Notes: generated from the letters alone by a model not told the origin. A stretch of 64,000 bases of DNA from Squalus acanthias (GCA_030390025.1 JASTWF010000330.1:310001-374000); one strand, 5' to 3'. Counted from the first letter of the stretch, positions 1 through 13,450 are shown. A program made the numbers and translations.

Positions 1-985
1 CTTCATGGTTAAGTTGGATCAAGCGGGCTGCTTTGTCCCGGATGGCGTCGAGCTTCTTGAGTGTTGTTGTAGCTGCACCCACCCAGGCAAATGAGAGTAT
101 TCCATCACACTCCTGATGTGTGCTTTGGAGTTGGTGGAGAGGCTTTGGGGAGTCAGGAGGTCATTAGAGTTATACAGCACAGAAAGAGGCCCTTCGGCCA
201 TTGTGTCCGCGCCAGCCATCAAGCCCTGTCTATTCTAATCCCATTTTCCAGCACTTGGTCCGTAGCCTTGTATGCTATGGCGTTTCAAGTGCTCATCTCA
301 ATGCTTCTTGAATGTTGTGAGGGTTCCTGCCTCTACCACCCTTTCAGGCAGTGAGTTCCAGTATCCAACCACCCTCTGGGTGAAAAAGTTTTTCCTTAAC
401 TCCCCTCTAAACCTCCTGCCCCTTACCTTGAAACTATGCCCCCTGGTTATTGACCCCTCTACTAAGGGGAAAAGTTCCTTTCTATCTACCCTATCTATGC
501 CCCTCATAATTTTGTACACCTCAATCAGGTCCCCCCCTCAGCCTTCTCTGCTCTAAGGAAAACAACCCCAGCCTGTCCAGTCTCTCTTCATAGCTGAAGT
601 GCTGCAGCCCAGGTAACATCCTGGTGAATCTCCTCTGCACCCTCTCCAGTGCAATCACATCCCTCCTGTAGTGTGGCGACCAGAACTGCACACAGTATTC
701 CAGCTGTGGTCTAACCAGGGTTTTGTATAGCTGCAGCATAACTTCTACCCCTTTGTACTCTAGTCTTCTAGATATAAAGGCCAGCATTCCATTAGCCTTT
801 TTGATTATTTTCTGCACCTGTTCATGACATTTTAATGATCGATGTAGTGAGTCACTTGTGCAGGGTACCCAGGCTCGGACCTGCTCCACTGGCCGTGGCA
901 TTTATATGGTTGGTCCAGTTGAGTTTCTGGTCAATGGTGACCCCCCCAGGATGTTGCTGGTGGGGGATTCCGTGATGGTAATGTC
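1..985 (-). mobile_element. Degraded fragment of the APE-RT LINE family also seen at 17441-18915, split by a CR1 insertion (163-845)
   Basis: 1-160 and 846-985 are reverse-complement homologues of about 18250-18530 (peptide LLTPQSLST..KAHIRSVMEYS). Confidence 0.75.
163..845 (-). mobile_element. CR1-type LINE, 3' fragment
   Basis: ORFs 521-901 and 298-519 encode the CR1 ORF2 C-terminus (LVRPQLEYCVQFWSPHY, TRGHSFK, FFTQRVV..WNSLP). Confidence 0.92.
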
Positions 986-1190
986 ACAGAAATCTCGGCT
1001 GACGCTCCAGTGCTGTACTGAGAGAGTGATGCACTGTCGGAGGTGCCGTCTTTCGGATGAGACGTTAAACTGAGGCCCCGTCTTCTCAGGTGGACGTAAA
1101 AATCCCACAGTACTATTTCGAAGATGATCAGGGGAGATATCCCCGGTGTCCTGGCCAATATTTACCCCTCAATCAACAGCACTAAAAGAG
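986..1190 (+). mobile_element. Deu-domain SINE (SacSINE1/AmnSINE1-like), partial
   Basis: GCACTGTCGGAGGTGCCGTCTTTCGGATGAGACGTTAAAC...GGTGGACGTAAAA core shared with 13280-13440, 23720-23880 and 54950-55110. Confidence 0.85.
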
Positions 1191-1199
1191 ATGATGTGA

Positions 1200-2790
1200 T
1201 GCAGGCACAGAAATCAGGCAGGGGGATTGTGATATACTTGAACAAATTAATATTGAGAGGGAGGCGTTACTAGCGGTTTTAGCGGGCAAATCCCCAGGCC
1301 CAGATGAGATGTATCCCAGGCTGCTGTGTGAGGCAAGGGAGGAGACTGCAGGGGCTCTGACACAAATTTTCAAAACCTCTCTGGCCACAGGGGATGTGTC
1401 GGAGGACTGGAGAACAGCTAACGTAGTACCATTGTTCAAGAAGGCTAGTAGGGATAAACCAGGGAATTACAGGCCATTGAGCCTAACATCAGTGGTAGGG
1501 AAATTATTGGAAAACATTCTGAGGGACAGAATTAGTCTCCACTTGGAGAGGCAGGGATTAATCAGGGATAGTCAGCATAGCTTTGTCAGGGGGAGGTCAT
1601 GTCTGACCAATTTGATTTAATTTTTCGAGGGGGTGACTCGGTGTGTGGATGAGGGTAGTGCAGTTGATGTAGTCTACATGGACTTCAGTAAGGCTTTTGA
1701 CAAAGTCCCACATGGGAGACTGGTCAAGAAGGTAAGAGCTCATGGGATCCAGGGCAATTTGGCACATTGGATCCAAAATTGGCTTCGTGGCAGGAAGCAG
1801 AGGGTGATGGTCGAAGGTTGTTTTTGTGACTGGAAGCCTGTGTCCAGTGGTGTACCGCAGGGATCGGTGCTGGGTCCTTTGCTGTTTGTAGTGTACATTA
1901 ATGATTTAGATATGAATGTAGGAGGTATGATCAGTAAGTTCGCAGATGACACGAAAATTGGTGGAGTGGTAAATAGCGAGGAGGGAAGCTTCAGGCTACA
2001 GGACGATATAGACGGGTTGGTCAGATGGGCAGAACAGTGGCAAATGGAATTTAACCCTGAAAAGTGTGAGGTGATGCATTTTGGGAGGACTAACAAGGTA
2101 AGTGAATACACAATGAATGGTAGGACCCTAGGAAGGACAGAGGATCAGAGGGACCTTGGTGTGCATGTACATAGATCCCTGAAGGCAGCAGGACAGGTAG
2201 ATAAGGTGGTTAAGAAGGCATATGTGAAACTTGCCTTCATTAGGCGAGGCATAGAATATAAGAGCAGGGAGGTTATGATGGAGCTGTACAAAACGCTAGT
2301 TAGGCCACAGCTGGAATACCGTGTGCAGTTCTGGTCACCACACTATAGGAGGGATGTGATTGCATTGGAGAGGGTGCAGCGGAGATTCACCTGGGCTGGA
2401 GCACTTCAGCTATCAAGAGAGACTGGACAGGCTGGAGTTGTTTTCCTTCGAGCAGAGAAGGCTGAGGGAGGACCTGTTTGAGGTGTACAAAATTATGAGG
2501 GTATCGATAGGGTAGATAGAAAGGAACTTTTCCCCTTAGTAGAGGGGTCAATAACCAGGGGGCATAGTTTCAAGGTCAGGAGCAGGAGGTTTAGAGGGGA
2601 TTTGAGGAAAAACTTTTTCACCCAGAGGGTGGTTGGAATCTGGAACTCACTGCCTGAAAGGGTGGTAGAGGCAGGAACCCTCACAACATTCAAGAAGCAT
2701 TTAGATGAGCACTTGAAACGCCACAGCATACAAGGCTACGGACCAAGTGCTGGAAAATGGGATTAGGATAGACAGGGCTTGATGGCCGGT
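1200..2790 (+). mobile_element. CR1-type LINE, 5'-truncated ORF2 (reverse transcriptase) with stops and frameshifts
   Basis: ORFs 1309-1620 and 1633-2481: [34 protein letters not shown]; same subfamily as 163-845 and 34680-35300. Confidence 0.95.
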
Positions 2791-2809
2791 GCAGACATGT
2801 TGTGGGGGG

Positions 2810-2990
2810 GGGGGGAGGTCATTGATGAAGCAGCAGAAGATGGTTGGTCCTCGGACACTGCGCTGCAGGAGTTTCTCAGGGATGTCCTTTAGCAGACATG
2901 AATGGCCTCCAACCACCTTCCTTTGTGCCAGTTATGACTGCAGCCAGTGGAGACTTTTCCAAATGTCTCCTTTTGGCTCAGTTTCTGTGA
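2810..2990 (-). mobile_element. Degraded APE-RT LINE fragment
   Basis: Reverse-complement similarity to about 17860-18045 (VLGPTIFSCFINDLP-type peptide). Confidence 0.65.
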
Positions 2991-3384
2991 AGTTTTCTCT
3001 GATGAGGCTCCCCTGAAGTGCTTTTGGGATGCTTTACTATGTTAATGGCGCTGTACAAATGCAACTTATTGTCGTTGCGATGGATTCTGTATTTAAAGTC
3101 CGACATCACCGAGGGTGTGTTTACCAAAGGATTGGAGCAGTCTGTACACTGAGGGAGTTACTGATAGACCATCGCCCCATACTGGCCCATTACTGATCTG
3201 GGAGAGATTCATCCTGTGAATATTCTCTCTCCAACACCCAGTGAACCATGAAACTGTGAGGTCAGCCACTTCTGACCTAAGATAGACAGAGCCGAGTATT
3301 TTCTGAATGTTAAGAAGCTCGGAACTGGAGGAGCACGGATTCAAGGGTCCGACTACTAAAGACTAGTGGACTGTTGGAACAAAG

Positions 3385-5500
3385 AATTAAAAAGGCGAAT
3401 GGACTGTTGACCTTTATCTCAAGGGGGCTGTAAGTTTATGCTGCAGTTGTAAAAAGCTCTGGGTAGACCCCATCTGGAGTTCTGCATTCAGTTCTGGGCA
3501 CCTGTATCGGCCTTGGAGGAGGTACAGCACATCAGAATTACACCAGACTGTAAAAGGTTAAATTGTGAGGGCCGCTTGCATAAAATAGGCTCGTATTCCC
3601 TCGAACATTCTCGACCCCCAGAGGGCTGTGGAGGCTCAGTCGTTGAGTATATTCAAGACAGAGACCGATAGATTTTTGAATATTAAGGGAATCAAGGGAT
3701 ATGGGGATAGTGCAGGAAACATAGAAAATAGGTGCAGGAGTAGACCATTCGGTCCTTCGAGCCTGCACCGCCATTCAATGCGTTCATGGCTGAACATGCT
3801 ACCTCAGTACCCCATTCCTGCTTTCTCGCCATACCCCTTGATCCCCCTAGTTGTGAGTATTATATCTAACTCCCTTTTGAATATATTTAGCGAACTGGCC
3901 TCAACAACCTTCTGTGGTAGAGAATTCCACAGATTCACCACTCTCTGGGTGAAGAAGTTCCTCCTCATCTCAGTCTTAAATGACTTCCCCTTTATCCTTA
4001 GACTGTGACCCCTGGTTTTAGTTTTCCCTAACATTGGAAACATTCTGCCCGCATCTAATTTGTCTAAACCAGTCAGGATTTTAAACGTCTCTATAAGATC
4101 CCCCCTCATTCTTCTGAACTCCAGAGGATACAAGTTCAGTTGATCCAGTCTTTCTTGATATGTCAGTCTGGCCATCCCAGGAATCAATCTAGTGAACCTT
4201 CGTTGCACTCCCTCAATAGCAAGAATGTCCTTCCTTAAGTTAGGAGACCAAAACTGCACACAATACTCCAGGTGTGGCCTCACCAAGGCCCTGTACAACT
4301 GTAGCATCACCTCCCTACTCCTGTACTCAAATCCCCTTGCTATGAAGGCCATCATGCCATTTGCTTTCTTGACTGCCTGCTGCACTTGCCTTCCCACCTT
4401 CAGTGACTGATGTACCATGACGCCCAGGTCTCGTTGCACCTCCCCTTTCCCTAATCTGCCACCATTCAGGTAATAGTCTGCCTCCCTATTTTTACCACCA
4501 AAGTGAATAACCTCACATTTATCCACATTGTACTTCATCTGCCATACATTTGCCCATTCACCCAATCTGTCCAAGTCACTCTGTAGCCTCCTAGCATCCT
4601 CCTCATTGTTCACACTGCCTCCCAATTTAGTGTCATCCGCAAATTTGGAGATATTACAATTAATCCCTTCGTCCAAATCATTAATATATAATGTAAACAG
4701 CTGGGGCCCCAGCACCGAACCCTGCGGTACCCCGCTGGTCACTGCCTGCCATTCTGAAAAGTACCCATTTACTCCTACTCTTTGTTTCCTGTGTGCCAAC
4801 CAGTTCTCAATCCACGTCAACACGATACCCCCAATCCCATGTGCTTTAACTTTGCACACCAATCTCTTGTGTGGGACCTTGTCGAAGGCCTTCTGAAAGT
4901 CCAAAGACACCACATCTACTGGTTCCCCCCCCGTCCACCCTATTGGAAACATCCTCAAAAAATTCCAGAAGATTTGTCAAGCATGATTTCCCTTTCACAA
5001 ATCCATGCTGACTTGGACCTATCATGTCGCCACTTTCCAAATGGTCTGTTATGACATCTTTAATAATTGATTCCATCATTTTACCCACCACCGATGTCAG
5101 GCTGACCGGTCTATAATTCCCTGCTTTCTCCCTCCTTTTTTAAAAAGAGGGGTTACATTAGCCACCCTCCACTCCATCGGAACTGATCCAGAGTCTAAGG
5201 AATGTTGGAAAATGATCGTCAATGCATCCACTATTTCCAAGGCCACCTCCTTCAGTACTCTGGGATGCAGACCATCAGGCCCTGGGGATTTATCAGCCTT
5301 CAGTCCCATCAATTTCCCCAACACCTTTTCCCGACTGATAAGGATTTCCCTCAGCTCCTCCCTCTTACCAGATCCTTTGATCTCTTTTATTTCCGGAAGG
5401 AAAGTAGAGATGAGGTAGAAGATCAGCCATGATCTCATTGAATGGCGGAGCAGGCTCGAATGGCCGACTCCTGCTCCTATTTCTTCTGTTCTATGTTCTT
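3385..5500 (+). mobile_element. Old CR1 3' fragment (3385-3719 and 5398-5500) interrupted by a younger antisense CR1
   Basis: EAQSLSIFKTETDRFLNIKGIKGYG peptide, and a CR1 3' UTR resuming at 5398; AGGAAA duplicated at 3714-3719 and 5398-5403. Confidence 0.8.
3720..5397 (-). mobile_element. CR1-type LINE, 5'-truncated, frameshifted RT
   Basis: ORFs 5097-5438, 4846-5091 and 3804-4958 carry [35 protein letters not shown]; flanked by an AGGAAA duplication. Confidence 0.95.
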
Positions 5501-5649
5501 AACTGCCGTCTGAAATGGCCGAGCAAGACACTCCGTTGTGTCAAACCACAACCAAGAAGTACAGGAAACTCTTTGGTATCCAGCACGTACGGGACCGGGC
5601 TGGTGCCGGTTTATTAAAAATTCCGGATAACGGAGATGTATACCTACCA

Positions 5650-6980
5650 AGGTACGAGAGTCCTGGTTACACGGCCACAGGTGCAGGAGCCCCGGTTACA
5701 CGGCCACAGGTACAGGACTCCCGGTTACACGGCCACTGGTGCAGGAACCCCGGTTACACGGCCACTGGTACAGGAGTCCCGGTTACACGGCCACAAGTGC
5801 AGGAGTCCCGGTTACACGGCCACAGGTACAGGAGCCCCGGTTACATGGCCACAGGTGCAGGAGCCCCGGTTACATGGCAACAGGTACAGGAGCCCCGGTT
5901 ACACGGCCACAGGTGCAGGAACCCCGGTTACACGGCCACAGGTCTAGGAGCCCCGGTTACACGGCAACAGGTACAGGAGCCCCGGTTACACGGCCACAGG
6001 TACGAGAGCCCCGTTACACGGCCACAGGTGCAGGAACCCCGGTTACACAGCCACAGGTGCAGGAACCCCAGTTACACGGCCACAGGTACAGGAACCCCGG
6101 TTACACGGCCACAGGTGCAGGAACCCCGGTTACACGGCCACAGGTACAGGAGCCCCGGTTACATGGCCACAGGTGCAGGAGCCCCGGTTACATGGCAACA
6201 GGTACAGGAGCCCCGGTTACACGGCCACAGGTGCAGGAACCCCGGTTACACGGCCACAGGTCTAGGAGCCCCGGTTACACGGCAACAGGTACAGGAGCCC
6301 CGGTTACACGGCCACAGGTACGAGAGCCCCGTTACACGGCCACAGGTACAGGAGCCCCGGTTACATGGCCACAGGTGCAGGAGCCCCGGTTACATGGCAA
6401 CAGGTACAGGAGCCCCGGTTACACGGCCACAGGTGCAGGAACCCCGGTTACACGGCCACAGGTCTAGGAGCCCCGGTTACACGGCCACAGGTACGAGAGC
6501 CCCGTTACACGGCCACAGGTACAGGAGCCCCGGTTACATGGCCACAGGTGCAGGAGCCCCGGTTACATGGCAGCAGGTACAGGAGCCCCGGTTACACGGC
6601 CACAGGTGCAGGAACCCCGGTTACACGGCCACAGGTCTAGGAGCCCCGGTTACACGGCAACAGGTACAGGAGCCCCGGTTACACGGCCACAGGTACGAGA
6701 GCCCCGTTACACGGCTACTGGTGCAGGAGTCCCGGTTACACGGCCACAGGTGCAGGAGCCCCGGTTACACGGCCACAGGTACAGGACTCCCGGTTACACG
6801 GCCACAGGTGCAGGAACCCCGGTTACACGGCCATAGGTACAGGAGTCCCGGTTACACGGCAACAGGTACAGGAACCCCGGTTACACGGTCACAGGTACAG
6901 GAACCCCGGTTACACGGCCACAGGTGCAGGACTCCTGGTTACACGGCCACAGGTGCAGCAGTCCCGGTTACACGGCCACT
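5650..6980. repeat. 29-bp GC-rich minisatellite (CCACAGGTGCAGGAGCCCCGGTTACACGG)n, about 45 units
   Basis: Direct tandem periodicity; variant units (GGTCTAGG, TACGAGAG) recur in ordered sets. Confidence 0.97.
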
Positions 6981-7257
6981 GATATACAGTGAAACTTACC
7001 TGAACCTACTCCTGAGTTTTGCCGGTTAATAGAGAATTCTGGATATTGAGGTGCCGTTTAAACGAGAGTTTCCTGTATAATGAGAATAAAACTGGATGGA
7101 CCACCCGGCATCAAGCTAGGCAGCGGATTCGGACACAACAAAGGCACACCAGCCCAGACGACCCTGCAAAGTCCTCCTCACTAATATCAGGGGACTTGTG
7201 CCAAAATTTGGAAAACCGTCCCACGAATGAGTCGTGTAACAGCTTGGTATAGTCACA

Positions 7258-7952
7258 AATACAGCAACAAAGTACTGCGGATGCTGGAAATCTGGAACAG
7301 AAAATGCTGGAAATACTCAACAAGTCGGGCAGCATCTATGGAGAGAGAAACAGAGTTAACGTTTCGTCAGAACTGGAAGAGGTTGGAGATGTAACAGATT
7401 TTAAGCAATTGCAGGGGCCGGGAGAGGAGGGGATTGGAGGGGAGGAAAGAACGAAAGGGAAGGTCTGTGATAGGACGGAAGGCAGGAGAGATTAAAAGAC
7501 ACAAGGGATGATGGTGCAAGGCAAAAGGAGATGGTAATGGGACAAGTTAAGAAGCAAAGGATGAGTCCAGATGGGGTGTAAATGGGAATGGCAGAGACAG
7601 CAACTGCTGCCATGTGGAAAAGATAAGGGGCAGAGGTTATGGGCTGAAATTGTTGAACTCAATGTAGAGTCCAGAAGGCTGTAAAGTGCCTAATCGAAAG
7701 ATGAGGTGCTGTTCCTTGAGCTTCTCTGGAATTGTGTAAGAGACCGAGGGCGGAGAGGTCAGAGTGGGAGTGGAGCGGAGAACTAAAGTGACAGGTGACC
7801 AGAAACTTAGGGTCATGCTTACGGACTGAACGGAGGTGTTCCGCAAAGCGGTCACCCAATCTGCGTTTGGTCTCCACAATGTAGAGCCCACATTGTGAGC
7901 AGCAAATACAGTATACTAAATTGCAAGAAGTACTAGTAAGTCGCTGTTTCAC
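7258..7952 (-). mobile_element. Penelope-like element 3' fragment (GIY-YIG endonuclease remnant plus terminal repeat)
   Basis: ORF 7659-7952 LVYCICCSQCGLYIVETKRRLGDRFAEH; LIFRLGTLQPSGL C-terminus; homologous to 61150-61820. Confidence 0.9.
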
Positions 7953-7954
7953 TT

Positions 7955-9540
7955 GGCATAGTCACACTCACAGCATCATACCTTTCGGCCAACGTCCCAG
8001 ACTACTCCATCACCATCCCTGGGTATATCCTGGACAGGACAGACCCACCAGAGTTGGTGACACCGTGGTATATAGTCGGGATACATGGAAAAGAATACCT
8101 CCTGCTGATTCCCACCTACCGCCCTCCCTCAGCTGATGAATCAGTACTCCTCCATGTTGAACACCATTTGGAAGAAGCACTGAGATTAGCAAGGGCACAG
8201 AATGTACTCTGGGTGGGGGACTTCAATGTCCATCACCAAGAGTGGATCGGTAGCACCAGTACTGACCGAGCTGGCCGAGTCCTGAAGGACATAACTGCCA
8301 GTCTGGGCCTGTGACAGGTGGTGAGAGAACCAACACGAGGGAAAGACCTACTTGACCTCGTCCTCACCAATCTACCTGTCGCAGATGCATCTGTACATGA
8401 TGGTATTGGTAGCAGTGACCACCGCACAGTCCTTGTGCAGACTAAGTCCTGTCTTCATACTGAGGACACCCTCCATCGTGTTGTGTGGCACTACCACCGT
8501 GCTAAATGGGATAGATTCAGAACAGATCTAGCAGCTCAAAACTGGGCATCCTAGAAGCGCTGTGGGCCATCAGCAGCAGCAGAATTGTATTCCACCACAA
8601 TCTGTAACCTCATGGCCCAGCATATCCCTCACTCTACCATTACCATCAAGCCAGGGGACCAACCCTGGTTGAACAAGGAGTGTAGAAGAGCATGCCAGGA
8701 GCAGCACCAGGCGTACCTAAAAATGAGGTGCCAACCTGGGGAAGCTGCAACACAGGACTACATGCATGCTAAACAGCGGAGGTAGCATGCTATAGACAGG
8801 GCTAAGCGATCCCACAACCAACAGATCAGATCAAAGCTCTGCAGTCCTGCCACATCCAGTCATGAATGGTGGTGGACCATGAAAAACTAACGGTGGGAGG
8901 CGGCTCCATGAATATCCCCATCCTCAATGATGGTGGAGCCCAGCACGTGAGTGCAAAAGACAAGGCTGAAGCGTTTGCAACCATCTTCAGCCAGAAGTGC
9001 CGAGTGGATGATCCACATCGGCCTCCTCCTGAAGTCCCCACCATCATAGAAGCCAGTCTTCAGCCAATTCGATTCACTCCACATGATATCAAGAAATAGC
9101 TGAGTGCACTGGATATGAGAAAGGCTATGGGCCCCGACAACATCCCGGCTGTTGTGCTGAAGACTTGTGCTCCAGAACTAGCCGCGCCTCTAGCCAAGCT
9201 GATCCAGTACAGCTACAACACTGGCATCTATCCGACAATGTGGAAAACTGCCCAGGTATGTCCTGCCCACAAAAAGCAGGAAAAATTCAATCCAGCCAAT
9301 TACTGCCCCATCAGTCTACTCTCAATCATCAGCAAAGTGATGGAAGGTGTCGTTGACAGTGCTATCAACCGGCACTTACCAATAACCTGGCTCAAAATCC
9401 TGGAATTCCCTCCCTAACAGCACTGTGGGAGTACCTTCACCACACGGACTGCAGCGGTTCAAGAAGGCGGCTCACCACCTTCTCGAGTGCAACTAGGGAT
9501 GGGCAATAAAAACTGGCCTTGCCAGCGACGCACACATCTC
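7955..9540 (+). mobile_element. Non-LTR retrotransposon (APE endonuclease plus RT N-terminus, internally deleted to its 3' tail); a likely 5' piece lies at about 7085-7240
   Basis: TYRPP, VGDFNVH, EPTRGKDLLDLVLTN, SDH (APE motifs); KAMGPDNIP, NYCPISLLSIISKVME (RT start). Confidence 0.9.
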
Positions 9541-9729
9541 GAGAGACAATCCTTGGGCTGAACTCACTGTACTTCCACCCCACTGCTTCAATTTAGTATT
9601 ATTTCACTCCCCAGTGCTGACGGGATTGTAGGGACAGTGAAAACCCACCCATATAAGAGACAAATCCCACCCATATCAGTAATGGGTCAGTATTGGGTAA
9701 TCAGCTGTGTATTTCTTATACAGTCACGG

Positions 9730-11680
9730 GACATGGACATCGCTGGAAAGGCCAACATTTATTGCCCATCCTTAATTGCCCTCAAGAAGGTGGTGGTGAG
9801 CCGCCTTCTTGAAACAACTGAGTGTCTTGCTAGGCCATTTCAGAGGGCAGTAAAGAGTCAACCACATTGCTGTGGGTCTGGAGTCACATATAGGCCAGAC
9901 CAGGTAAGGACGCACTAGAGATAGCGGATGCACTAAGTATGATTTTTCAGAATTCATTAGACTCGGGAACAGTGCCCATGGATTGGAGGGTAGCTAACGT
10001 TACCCCACTATTCAAAAAGGGGGGTAGGGAAAAAGCAGGTAATTACAGACCTGTAAGCCTTACATCAGTTGTGGGCAAAATGCTGGAGTCCATCATTAAG
10101 GATGAAATAGCGGAGCACTTAGCAAATGGGGACAGGATAGGACAGAGTCAACATGGATTTACAAAGGGTAAATCGTGCTTGACTAATCTATTGGAATTTT
10201 TTGAGGGAGTAACTGGTAAAATAGATGGGGGAGAGCCAGTAGATGTGGTGTACCTGGACTTCCAAAAGGCCTTCGATAAGGTCCCACATAAAAGATTAGC
10301 ATGGAAAATTGAAGCTCATGGGATAAAGGGGAAAGTATTGACGTGGATAGAGAACTGGCTGTCAGATAGAAAACAGAGAGTTGGAATAAACGGCTCATTT
10401 TCTGAATGGCAGGCAGTAACAAGTGGGGTACCACAGGGATCTGTCCTGGGTCCCCAGCTGTTCACAATTTACATTAATGACCTGGATCAGGGAGTCGGAT
10501 GCAGCATTTCCAAATTTGCAGACGACACTAAACTAGGAGGGGGGGTGGGCTCAGAGGAGGAGACCAGGAAGCTCCAGAGCGATTTGGACAGACTGGGTGA
10601 TTGGGCGGATAAATGGCAGATGCACTATAATGTGGACAAGTGCGAAGTTATCCACCTTGGGTGCAGGAACGGGAGGGCAAATTATTATTTAAATGGCAAT
10701 AAATTGGGAGAGGGGGAAGTACAGAGAGACCTGGGTGTTCTTGTACACCAGTCACTGAAGGCGAGCATGCAGGTGCAACAGGCGGTCAAGAAGGCAAACG
10801 GTATGCTGGCCTTCATAGCAAAAGGGTTGGAATACAGGAACAGGGATACCTTGCTGCAGCTGTACAGGGCACTGGTGAGACCACACCTCGAGTACTGTGT
10901 ACAGTTTTGGTCGCCTCATCTGAGGAAAGATGTTCTTGCCATGGAGGGGGTGCAGCGGCGATTCACCAGGCTGATACCAGGAATGGCGGGATTGACCTAT
11001 GAGGAGAGACTATGCAGTTTAGGGATGTACACACTGGAGTTTAGAAGATTGAGAGGGGACCTCATAGAAGTGTATAAAATTCTGACAGGTCTCGACAGAC
11101 TAGATGCAGAAGAAATGTTTCCCTTGGCGGGTGAGAACAGAACTAGAGGACATAATTTAAGGATAAGGGCTAAACCATTTAGGACACAAATGAGGGGGAA
11201 TTTCTTCACTCAGAGGGTGGTGAACCTGTGGAACTCATTGCCACAGAGGGCAGTGTACGCCGGTCCATAAATATATTTAAGAGGGAATTAGATATATTTC
11301 TACAGGCAAAAGGGGTTAAGGGTTACGGAGAGAAGGCGGGGACGAGATACTGAATTGGAGGATCAGCCATGATCTCATTAAATGGCGGAGCAGGCTCGAA
11401 GGGCCGGATGGCCTACTCCTGCTCCTATCTTCTATGTATCTATGTATCTATGTATCTATGACGGCAGATTTCCTTCTCTAAAGGACATTAGTGAACCAGA
11501 TGGGTTTTTACAACAATCTGGTAGTTAGATTTTTGATACTAGATTTTTGTCCCAGATTTATTTAATTAACTGAATTTAAGTTCCCCAGCTGCCATGGCAG
11601 GATTTGAACTCACCGTCTCCCGATCATTAATACAGGCCTCTGGACTACTGGTCCTAGTAAGATAACCGCTACCGTACCCC
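9730..11680 (-). mobile_element. tRNA-derived SINE (9730-9912 and 11461-11680) interrupted by a CR1
   Basis: Minus-strand head with B-box-like GAGTTCAAATCC; tail matches the 3' end of the APE-RT LINE; uninterrupted copies at 19120-19502 and 55718-56113. Confidence 0.75.
9914..11460 (+). mobile_element. Young 5'-truncated CR1 LINE with (TATCTATG)n tail
   Basis: 443-aa ORF 9939-11270 with the complete RT motif set (FADD); 8-bp tail repeat at about 11433-11460; absent at the paralogous site near 19290. Confidence 0.96.
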
Positions 11681-11794
11681 TAAAGGTATGTTGGAACTCG
11701 AATGGGCACTGAGTGTCACAGAGAGAATATTGACAGGATGAAGCCCTCCCATATCAGTAATAGGTCAGTACTGGGCAATGGTCTATCAATAACT

Positions 11795-12577
11795 GTAGGA
11801 AAAACAGAAAGGCAGAGTATTATTTAAATGGTGATAGATTGGGAAATGCTGATGTACAGAGGGACCTGGGTGTCCTTGTACACCAGTCACTGAAAGCAAA
11901 CATGCAGGTGCAGCAAGCAGTTAGGAAGGCAAATGGTATGTTGGCCTTCATTGCAAGAGGATTTGAGTACAGGAGCAAAGATGTCTTACTACAGTTGTAC
12001 AGGGCCTTGGTGAGACCACACCTGGAGTACTGTGTACAGTTTTGGTCTCCTTACCTAAGAAAGGATATACTTGCCATAGAGGGAGTGCAGCGAAGGTTCA
12101 CCAGACTGATTCCTGGGATGGCAGGACTGTCGTATGAGGAGAGATTGGCTCGACTAGGCCTGTATTCACTAGAGTTTAGAAGAATGAGAGGGGATCTCAT
12201 TGAAACGTATAAAATTCTGACAGGGCTAGACAGACTGGATGCAGGGAGGATGTTTCCCCTGGCTGGGGGGTCTAGAACGAGTGGTCACAGTCTCAGGATA
12301 CGGGGGTAGGACATTTAGGACTGTGATGAGGAGAAATTTCTTCACTCAGAGGGTGGGGAACCTGTGGAATTCTCTACCACAGACTGAATATATTTAAGAA
12401 GGAGAGATAGATAGATTTCTAGACACAAAAGGCATCAAGGGGTATGGGGAAAGAGCGGGAATATGGTATTGTGATAGAGGATCAGCCATGATCGTATTGA
12501 ATGGTGGAGCAGGCTCGAAGGGCCGAATGGCCGACTCCTGCTCCTATTTTTCTATGTTTCTATATTCTATGTTTCTA
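11795..12577 (+). mobile_element. CR1 3' fragment
   Basis: ORF 11839-12309 (QRDLGVLVHQSLK...EYCVQFWSPY); paralogue at 19620-20408; empty site near 55610. Confidence 0.92.
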
Positions 12578-12954
12578 TAACCCCCTCTGCTGTAGAGACT
12601 GCACTAATCCTTCGCCAAATGCACCCTCGGTGATGCTTGACTAGATTTAAATGCAGAGACCATTGCAGTCCCTTTACTGTCCCAATGTTAGCGGGATAGC
12701 AGCAGTCAGAGTCTGGGACATTGACGTGTGGTCAGGTGCCTCACAGTGTCGCGTGTCCTGGTTACACAAACATTCTCCCAGCTCTCGCTCTCTCCTCACT
12801 CTGGTTTGCATATGTTGCTAAATGTGGACCTGTGGCCCATCAGCAGATCTTATCTGTGCCACACATAAGAAGAGTCGATTGTTCTCAGTCTGTGAGCATT
12901 CTCTGGAAAGCACAACCCCCTCCCACTTTTTACAGGCCAACATTGTCGCAGTGT

Positions 12955-13450
12955 CAGCTGTGACTCAGTGGGTAGCAGACTGAGCGGAAGCCAAGCGCAA
13001 GGAGCGCACGTCAACCCAAGCACCCCACCCACCCGCCCCTTCAACCACCGTCTGCCCCACCTGTGACAGAGACTGTAGGTCCCGCATTGGACTCATCAGT
13101 CACCTGAGAACTCATTTTTAGTGTGGAAGCAAGTCATCCTCGGTTCCGAGGGGCTGCCTGAGAAGAAGAAGAAGAGCACACTCGGCTCTGAGTCAGAAGG
13201 TTGTGGGTTCAAGTCCCACTCCAGGGGCTTGTAGCACATAAATCTAGGCTGACACTCCCAGTGCAGTGCTGAGGGAGCGCTGCACTGTCGGAGGTGCCGT
13301 CTTTCGGATGAGACGTTAAACCGAGGCCCCGTCTGCCCTCTCAGGTGGACGTAAAAGATCCCATGGCCACTATTTCGAAGAAGAGCAGGGGAGTTCTCCC
13401 CGGTGTCCTGACCAATATTTATCCCTCAACCAACATAACAAAAACAGATA
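12955..13450 (+). mobile_element. DeuSINE with its tRNA-like head interrupted by an RTE fragment, truncated by a Penelope piece
   Basis: GACTCAGTGGGTAGCA / GGTTCAAGTCCC head boxes; Deu core at 13280-13440. Confidence 0.85.
12982..13174 (+). mobile_element. RTE-type LINE 3' end with (AAG)n tail
   Basis: Encodes CPTCDRDCRSRIGLISHLRTH zinc finger; AGCAGACT/AGCACACT flanking duplication. Confidence 0.8.

Noticed and set aside
5515..7029. 504-aa ORF as a real gene
   Set aside because: Almost entirely the 29-bp repeat cycling through three frames; no domain or gene structure.
9939..11270. Standalone or domesticated reverse transcriptase gene
   Set aside because: 5'-truncated CR1 lacking the endonuclease, with a CR1 tail and an empty paralogous site; an ordinary young insertion.
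12742..12774. V(D)J recombination signal (CACAGTG ... ACAAACATT)
   Set aside because: Spacer is 17 bp rather than 12 or 23, the nonamer is poor, and no V segment is adjacent.
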